Shown piece by piece: positions 1 to 5,933 of a DNA stretch of 12,222 nt. How positions within the stretch are numbered: the first letter of the stretch is position 1; every line of letters starts with the position of its first letter. The stretch comes from Candidatus Hermodarchaeota archaeon (GTDB lineage: Archaea > Asgardarchaeota > Lokiarchaeia > Sigyniarchaeales > SOKP01), in contig JBHLLG010000085.1 in NCBI GenBank assembly GCA_048885925.1, forward strand, positions 1-12,222, given 5' to 3'. The position numbers were made by a program, and so were the translations under genes. The notes below the pieces were generated by a model that was given only the letters and a program-made list of their open reading frames with translations, had not been told where the DNA came from and did no database searches.

Positions 1-147
1 CATCTGTCAGAACTGTGTACTGAAGTGTATCGGCTCTCTGAAAAATTTGAGAAGGTTGAATTCCTTCATGTAAGCCGCAAAAATCGGTACATTCAAAAAT
101 GTGATGAATCATGTAATTCCATATTAGATAAAGAGAGTTATAATTAA
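1..147 (+). CDS. rnhA: Ribonuclease HI family protein, C-terminal fragment (5' end outside window; not in ORF track)
   Basis: Frame 1 reads HLSELCTEVYRLSEKFEKVEFLHVSRKNRYIQKCDESCNSILDKESYN*, with TAA at 145-147. It fits the RNase HI C-terminal pattern F..V.F.HV.R..N...(A/C)D.L.N, and the last catalytic Asp is retained. Confidence 0.75.
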   Translation, partial: HLSELCTEVYRLSEKFEKVEFLHVSRKNRYIQKCDESCNSILDKESYN

Positions 148-184
148 CATTTTTAATTCAAATTAGAGGTTGTATTTCCCTTTC

Positions 185-280
185 TCAGAAATTTTTAAAA
201 CCTTTAAATATATCAGTTTCAATCTTTCTACAGATTCATTGAGATCCAAATAAGATAATACCTTATTTTACATCCTTAGA
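185..280 (-). pseudogene. Out-of-frame, stop-interrupted remnant of the Roadblock domain C-terminal helix belonging to the 276..818 gene
   Basis: A shifted frame starting at 280 reads SKDVK*GIILFGSQ*ICRKIETDIFKGFKNF*, with internal stops at 265-263 and 238-236. It resembles the usual Roadblock ending (..K.LG.I.LD....CEKI) that the ORF lacks. Confidence 0.65.
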
Positions 281-818
281 TATAAACAGTTAATATGATA
301 TTAGGATGTATTTGTAGAAGCCAAATATAACCATTGCTCCCTTTGATAAATAATTGTTCAAAATCCCCTTTTTTCATCTCTTTTACTGAACTTTTAGCTA
401 ATGATAGTAGTGCAGCATTCATTGCGGCTATTAGTGTCTCAACAACTCCATGAGGAAGCGCTGAAGCGATAGGTAAACCCTCCGCAGATACAATAGTAAC
501 TCCTTTCATCTCAGGGATACTTTTTAGTAATCGTTTTAGAAAATAATTGAGATTTTCAATAGTAAGTTTTTTTGAAGGATTTTTTTCGAATTTTATAACA
601 TTATCAGAGAATTTAACTGATATTCCTTTTGACATAAAATATAATTCTACGAATGGTTTTATAATTGGAAGCCCTTCATAAATCTCTAAAAGATCATGGT
701 CGAAGATTTCGAAAAGATATTTCCTCTCTATTGTTAATTTATTAACAGATTTCTTTCGCATTATAGATTCAATTTCATTGATTGCTTCTTCCAAAATACT
801 CATATCGGGAGGTTTCAT
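276..818 (-). CDS. Unknown N-terminal domain fused to a C-terminally truncated Roadblock/LC7 (MglB-like) domain; probable recent pseudogene
   Basis: IPEMKGVTIVSAEGLPIASALP..ETLIAAMNAALLSLAKSSVKEMKKGDFEQLFIKGSNGYI is a typical Roadblock/LC7 signature. The ORF stops right after the last beta-strand (IILTVYI*). Residues 9-79 are homologous to residues 137-209 of the upstream gene. Confidence 0.85.
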   Translation of the reverse strand: MKPPDMSILEEAINEIESIMRKKSVNKLTIERKYLFEIFDHDLLEIYEGLPIIKPFVELYFMSKGISVKFSDNVIKFEKNPSKKLTIENLNYFLKRLLKSIPEMKGVTIVSAEGLPIASALPHGVVETLIAAMNAALLSLAKSSVKEMKKGDFEQLFIKGSNGYIWLLQIHPNIILTVYI

Positions 819-852
819 AGTTACTTTATTTCTAGTTTAAATTTTTTTTTAT

Positions 853-2253
853 TCATAACTTTCCATTTTTTATCTTCTTTGATAATTCCATTTTTAATTT
901 TCTTGAATTTAATTTATCGATTAATATAGTTGCTATTTCAATATTTTTAGATTCAAGAAATTGCTGAATAAGATCTTTTAAAGTCGAATCTAAATTTACT
1001 TTTTTTACATTATAAGATTCCCACATATTTAGAATTTCGTCATAAGTACTTTTAGCATCGTGATTTTTTTTCTCTTTAATTTGTTGTTTAAAAAGAGTAA
1101 TCAGAACTTCACTAAGTTTATTAGCTAATTTTTTTAATTCATCGAAAAGAGCTTCACGTTGATATCTGTCAATAGCTAGATATAATTGGCTTTTGGCCAA
1201 TTTAAAATCATTCTTGCTAACTAAATAGTCCGCAGCAGTACAAATCTTATCTGAAATATCTTTTAATAATTCGAATACTTCTTGATGAGGTAAGCTTTCA
1301 AGGACTCTAAAAGCATCTTCAACTCTACAAGCAGAAATCCATGAATTTATTGCTGAGCGAAAAGCTTCATGAGTTAATTCTTTATCTAAAAATTCTAAAC
1401 TTGCCCAATGGGCAGCTGTTTCATAATTTCTTGCTGCTCGTTCAAATTCATTCCTATTGAAATAGAGATTACCTTCTCTTATAATAGTATCGGCGTATAA
1501 TTTTTTAAAATTCTTTGATTTTTGATCATCTACATTTTCTAATGTCTTACCTGCTTCTAAATATAAATTGATCTTAGAAAAAAGATATGCGATTTGTTCC
1601 AAATCCATTGGAGGTTCATCAACAACTTTTCTTAATTTTATACTCTTTCCAATAAAGTCAGTTTGAATACCCCTAAGCATAAAATAAAATATAACAAATG
1701 GTTTGAAGATCGGAATACCATCACTCTTAGAAAGTTCGATTAGGTCAGCATTGAATATTTCTGAAAGATATTGTCTTTCGATCGTTAATTCATTTATTGA
1801 TTCTTTCTTCATTATGGAATCGATTTTTTTTTCTGCAGATTTTAATACTTGGAGAAATTCATAACCTTCAAAATCTTCTATTTTAATTTCGGGTCTTTTT
1901 CTAACATCAACTATTTTTTTAATAGGTTTAGCTCGTCCTCCACTAATGGGCTTCTGTAATAATTCTTGAAATTCATGATGATCCCTTGAATACATATTCA
2001 AAGAATATAGCCTATAAAATAATCGTAACTGCCGCTTTAACATTCCTGCTAAAATTCCGCCATAAATTTGAACTTTAAAAGAACTGTTGGGTCCATCATA
2101 TGTCCAAATTCTTTTAGTATCATGATCTACTAGAATATACACTTTTTCAAGGTTAGTATCATTCAATATATCACCTACTATTTGCCCTTGAATAATTTCT
2201 TTTGCTACCATAAAAGGAAATTCTTGTAATTCAACTACTTCAAATATTTGCAT
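853..2253 (-). CDS. Multidomain protein: putative gelsolin-like N-terminal domain, unknown middle domain, C-terminal TPR/SNAP-like helical repeats
   Basis: 466-aa ORF. KVYILVDHDTKRIWTYDGPNSS followed by a helix resembles the gelsolin core (V.ILD....I..W.G..SS). EGNLYFNRNEFERAARNYETAA and AADYLVSKNDFKLAKSQLYLAI are TPR-like. It ends 34 bp before the Roadblock gene, so they are probably co-transcribed. The CDS is secure; the domain calls are moderate. Confidence 0.6.
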   Translation of the reverse strand: MQIFEVVELQEFPFMVAKEIIQGQIVGDILNDTNLEKVYILVDHDTKRIWTYDGPNSSFKVQIYGGILAGMLKRQLRLFYRLYSLNMYSRDHHEFQELLQKPISGGRAKPIKKIVDVRKRPEIKIEDFEGYEFLQVLKSAEKKIDSIMKKESINELTIERQYLSEIFNADLIELSKSDGIPIFKPFVIFYFMLRGIQTDFIGKSIKLRKVVDEPPMDLEQIAYLFSKINLYLEAGKTLENVDDQKSKNFKKLYADTIIREGNLYFNRNEFERAARNYETAAHWASLEFLDKELTHEAFRSAINSWISACRVEDAFRVLESLPHQEVFELLKDISDKICTAADYLVSKNDFKLAKSQLYLAIDRYQREALFDELKKLANKLSEVLITLFKQQIKEKKNHDAKSTYDEILNMWESYNVKKVNLDSTLKDLIQQFLESKNIEIATILIDKLNSRKLKMELSKKIKNGKL

Positions 2254-2273
2254 AACGATTATGGATTAATTGA

Positions 2274-2281
2274 TTATATAA
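2274..2281 (-). promoter_or_regulatory. Putative archaeal TATA box (TTATATAA) for the 853..2253 gene; leaderless or very short leader
   Basis: Lies 21-28 nt upstream of the ATG, preceded by AAAA on the minus strand, and no SD is visible. The AT-rich background limits certainty. Confidence 0.4.
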
Positions 2282-2589
2282 TTTTAAGATGTGATTTGGA
2301 TTAGAAGCATAAAATTTTATTTTTATTTTCAATATAAATGATCCTTGCCTTTAGTTATAAATAATTCCAATTAACCACAATTAAAAAATCTAGATATAAA
2401 TTTAAATAGGGCTTCTAAAGTCTCTTTTTTTAATTAGTTTCTCTCGATTTCGACTCTTAGTCTTTTTTCATATAAATTGGAGCAATAAATATACGTAGGA
2501 ATACGATAGATTATTTAGTGACCTATTAGAAAAGATCAAGAAAGTAAAATTAAAAAAAATAAAAATTGGAAATATTAAATTAGTTGTTT

Positions 2590-4227
2590 TTAGGTTGCTC
2601 TTCCCTTTCGTTTAATCAAGACAATAACTACAACCACAATAACCACAGCAGTCGCAGTTCCACCAATGAGCGCCACTAATAACCATGGGAATGGTGCCTC
2701 TCCATCGCTAATGATGGATTGTAATTTTACGTACATTATTTCATAATCAGTACCCCATAAACCAGGCGTATCATCATACCAGACAATATGGATTTGGTTG
2801 TTTGAATCTGTTGCAATTGCAGGCTGTCCGCTCCATCCATCATTCCAATAGGTACCATTATAACCATCAGAAACCACAATTGGGAATGACCATCCGGATG
2901 AAGCCGTCCAGTTTGAATACATTATCTCATCATCGGTACCCCATGTTCCATTGGTACTATCTTCCCAAACTACATGAATAATTCCTCGATCATCAGCCGA
3001 AATATCAACATTTTCACTTTCGCCTAAATTCCACCAGGTTCCACCGTGACCATCAGAAATAATCGTTACATTAGACCATTGACCAGTTGTTGCTGAATAT
3101 TTCGCATACATTATTTCATCATCCTCCATATTACTACGCCATGTTCCATTTGAATAATCACCCCAAACCGCGTGAGCATTTCGAAACTTATCTACTGCTA
3201 TCTTAGGATCGTCACAATCTCCAGTATTCCACCCCCATATATTGTTATAACCATCAGAAATCACTGTAGCATTCAACCATTTACCAGATGATGGGCTGTA
3301 CATGGTCCACATTATTTCTTCATCATCACCCCAAACACCATGTGTTTTATCTTCCCATATTACATGAATATTACCATTACTATCTATATCAATATCAGGA
3401 TCTGCACTCTGATCATCATTCCAACCAGTTGATGTGTCAGAAATTATAGTTATGTTAGACCATTGTCCTGATGCAACTGAATAATTAACATACATTATCT
3501 CATTATCGTCTATTCCACCAGTCCAAGGTCCCAGCGTTCGATCTTGCCAGACCACATGAACATTTCCTGAATTATCAGTAACTATTGCAGGATCTTCACT
3601 TGATTCGTTATTCCATCCCCATACATTATTCCATCCATCAGAAAGTATGGTAACATTACTCCATTGACTTGTAGTTACCGAATATTTAACATACATTATC
3701 TCAGCATCATCATAGGAATCATGCCATTTACCACTTGAATAATCGGACCAGACTACATGAATATTCCCTGAATTATCAACAGCAATACTTGGACTATAAG
3801 ACCAATCATCATTCCAACCCCACATATCATTAAAACCATCTGAAATTATTGTAATGTTTGACCACTGACTTGTAGCAATTGTATATTTAGCATAAAAAAT
3901 CTCAGAATCTATTCCACCTCCCCAATAACCAATAGTATCATCCACCCAAACAACATGAATATTCCCAGATCCATCGACAGCTATATCAGGAATTTCAGAC
4001 CAACCATCGTTCCAACCCCACACACCATTAAAACCATCAGAAAGTACTGTTATATTCTCTCCATATTGAGCATTCATTCTTAAATCGAAATCCTTATAAA
4101 CCCCGTTATTATCTTGAGAATTTAATCTATTCAATGGAATTATGGTTAAAATTAGGCTTGATACCAATAAAAAAGAAACAAAAATCAACCCTACAAAGCT
4201 TAATGCATTTCTTTTCAATAAATTCAC
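2590..4227 (-). CDS. Cell-surface, membrane-anchored Trp/Asp-rich 7-repeat beta-propeller protein (probable glycoprotein)
   Basis: GTG start. N-terminal basic + hydrophobic signal/TM segment (aa ~5-31), seven ~56-67 aa repeats, C-terminal TM (WLLVALIGG...VVIVVVVIVLI) followed by KRKGR, and 12 N-x-S/T sequons. Confidence 0.85.
   Translation of the reverse strand: MNLLKRNALSFVGLIFVSFLLVSSLILTIIPLNRLNSQDNNGVYKDFDLRMNAQYGENITVLSDGFNGVWGWNDGWSEIPDIAVDGSGNIHVVWVDDTIGYWGGGIDSEIFYAKYTIATSQWSNITIISDGFNDMWGWNDDWSYSPSIAVDNSGNIHVVWSDYSSGKWHDSYDDAEIMYVKYSVTTSQWSNVTILSDGWNNVWGWNNESSEDPAIVTDNSGNVHVVWQDRTLGPWTGGIDDNEIMYVNYSVASGQWSNITIISDTSTGWNDDQSADPDIDIDSNGNIHVIWEDKTHGVWGDDEEIMWTMYSPSSGKWLNATVISDGYNNIWGWNTGDCDDPKIAVDKFRNAHAVWGDYSNGTWRSNMEDDEIMYAKYSATTGQWSNVTIISDGHGGTWWNLGESENVDISADDRGIIHVVWEDSTNGTWGTDDEIMYSNWTASSGWSFPIVVSDGYNGTYWNDGWSGQPAIATDSNNQIHIVWYDDTPGLWGTDYEIMYVKLQSIISDGEAPFPWLLVALIGGTATAVVIVVVVIVLIKRKGRAT
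2719..4056 (-). repeat. Seven intragenic tandem repeats, period ~180-200 bp
   Basis: Consensus N(I/V)T(I/V)ISDG.N..WGWN...S..P.IA.D..GNIHVVW.D...G.W...D.EIMY..Y......WS. Visible in the DNA as recurring tacattat(c/t)tca and accatcagaaa. Confidence 0.9.
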
Positions 4228-4369
4228 TTTTTTAAGAAAATGTTATTAGATGTAAAATATATACTAATATTCTTAATATAAGCTTTTACAATAATACCTA
4301 ACAATACAATATTCAAAAAATTTGAATAATTTCGAAGAACTAATAATATTTACTCCCTACATAGTGGGG

Positions 4370-4380
4370 TTATATTTAAG
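4370..4380 (+). promoter_or_regulatory. Putative TATA box for the 61-aa gene (leaderless geometry)
   Basis: TTATATTTAAG 21-31 nt upstream of the ATG at 4401; no SD. Confidence 0.35.
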
Positions 4381-4400
4381 TTCAATATGGGTAATCTACT

Positions 4401-4586
4401 ATGTCGCCAGAATTTAAAGTTGTAATTGAAGAATACAATAAGGATATTCATAAAAAGAGGGCTCTTTCGAGCACATTTGAAGAAAAGGTGAACGATGCAC
4501 TAAGAGCAGGATATAAAGTTATTAATTCACAGCTTATTATCTCTGGAGTATCTCGATTTTTCATTGCTTACTTAGTTCGAGAGTGA
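4401..4586 (+). CDS. Small hypothetical protein, DUF1737-like
   Basis: 61 aa. FEEKVNDALRAGYKVINS followed by a terminal beta-strand (FFIAYLVRE) resembles the F...VN..L..G(W/Y) small alpha/beta family. Followed by a T-tract. Confidence 0.6.
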   Translation: MSPEFKVVIEEYNKDIHKKRALSSTFEEKVNDALRAGYKVINSQLIISGVSRFFIAYLVRE

Positions 4587-4623
4587 TAAGTAAAAATTAA
4601 AAAATTAAAGTATTTTAAAATTC

Positions 4624-4632
4624 TTTTTTTTT
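4624..4632 (+). terminator. Oligo-T archaeal terminator candidate
   Basis: T9 run ~38 nt after the stop codon, in a convergent intergenic region. Confidence 0.4.
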
Positions 4633-4710
4633 CTTTAATTGTGAGATTTCTGCCTTCAAAAGTATAATTTCTTCGTCGTTATCTCTTAATTTTTTTAATA
4701 ATATCTTCTA

Positions 4711-5100
4711 TTAGATTTTCTTAAAATTAATTAAGAATTCGACGAAAAGGCACGCGAAAATGAGATCAACAATAACGAATAGGATTGGAAGGAAGTTGGA
4801 GTAGCCTAATACAAAATAGATTAAGTACAGAATAAAAACATAAGTTTTTAATATTGCTCCTAACACAACAATGCCATGATTCTTAGTGATATCTCTTGCC
4901 ACTAAATAATACCCTATTCCAAAAAACACTACAAAACCAAAAAATGAATGATAAAAGACTAAACTAGGCGGTACTTCCATGTCAAATATTGGCATCAAGG
5001 AATCTACAAGTGGAGATGTAAGAATGAAAATTAATCCAACAAGAATGTTCCAAATTGCGCCAATAATAAACACATACTTGTAATATTTTTTTCTTTCCAT
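4711..5100 (-). CDS. Hypothetical 4-TM integral membrane protein
   Basis: Four hydrophobic segments. The ORF track starts at GTG 5109, but that GTG lies inside an SD-like GGGTGA (5111-5106) just upstream of ATG 5100, so 5100 is preferred (129 aa). Confidence 0.75.
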   Translation of the reverse strand: MERKKYYKYVFIIGAIWNILVGLIFILTSPLVDSLMPIFDMEVPPSLVFYHSFFGFVVFFGIGYYLVARDITKNHGIVVLGAILKTYVFILYLIYFVLGYSNFLPILFVIVDLIFACLFVEFLINFKKI

Positions 5101-5363
5101 TTTATTCACCCTTTTTATAATTGAATTTTTTTAGATTTTCTTAATTTTAGATTATTGGGAATCAAAAATATGAATGTTAGAGAATTATATAAATGTTCTT
5201 AATTCTAAGATTAAAAAGTTACAAAGATCGAAAGATCTATTCGAATCCAATATAATACTTAAATAGTAAAATTGCATCATTAACTTTGTTAAAAAAATCT
5301 AACAAAAATGTATAACTCATTAAACATGAAATTCCAAGAATTGAATTTTTAATAATAAAATTT

Positions 5364-5369
5364 GAGGTG
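5364..5369 (+). promoter_or_regulatory. Shine-Dalgarno GAGGTG
   Basis: 6 nt before ATG 5376. Confidence 0.75.
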
Positions 5370-5375
5370 TGAGAT

Positions 5376-5702
5376 ATGGTAGTAGTTAGTATGACAACTA
5401 CAAAAGTAAAACCGGATGTTGATTTAGATGAAGTAAGAAAGGTATGGGATGAAAGTGTTTATCCTGCTATTAAGGATCAAAAAGGTTATTTAGGTGGATT
5501 CTTATTAGTTTCAGAACAAAGAGATGAAGGAATATCATTTGGATTTTGGGAGACTAAAGAGGATGCTGAAGCTATACAAAAGAGCGGGTTATATCAAGAA
5601 CAAATAAAAAAATTTGCTGCGTTTATCGAAGCTATAGTGGGACGTAAGTTCTATGAGGTTAACAGCGAAATAGTAATTGCCAAAGAATTAGAAGCGATTT
5701 AA
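5376..5702 (+). CDS. Antibiotic biosynthesis monooxygenase (ABM)-family dimeric alpha/beta-barrel protein
   Basis: 108 aa with KVKP...VYPAIKDQKGYLGGFLL....GISFGFWETKEDAEA...FYEV, the ABM pattern (P/K)G(F/Y)...WE(S/T).E.A..; good SD. Confidence 0.85.
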   Translation: MVVVSMTTTKVKPDVDLDEVRKVWDESVYPAIKDQKGYLGGFLLVSEQRDEGISFGFWETKEDAEAIQKSGLYQEQIKKFAAFIEAIVGRKFYEVNSEIVIAKELEAI

Positions 5703-5731
5703 TCTTTTAGATACTAAATTTTATTAAATTA

Positions 5732-5739
5732 TTTTTTTT
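5732..5739 (+). terminator. Oligo-T terminator candidate
   Basis: T8 followed by CTTTCTT ~30 nt after the ABM stop. Confidence 0.4.
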
Positions 5740-5933
5740 CTTTCTTATTCGAATCAATGATTCTTGGATAAATCTGAAACATTTTTTTACTCGAATTTTT
5801 ATTAGTAATCTATCGTTAAGTTCTATGCTCTAGAATTAGGAGTATTAATGTTTACATCAGTATAGATATAGTGATTATAAATTGTTCTACAAAATAGTTC
5901 AGTTGTGTAGGAATAGAGCTTAATTTATTAATA

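Noticed and set aside
185-280. Stop-codon recoding or programmed frameshift restoring the Roadblock C-terminus
   Set aside because: It would need a frameshift plus read-through of both TAA and TGA; all three stop codons end normal genes in this window.
2719-4056. Periodic DNA repeats as a possible CRISPR array or diversity-generating retroelement
   Set aside because: The period is ~190 bp, the repeats are degenerate and in-frame protein repeats, and there is no cas or reverse transcriptase gene.
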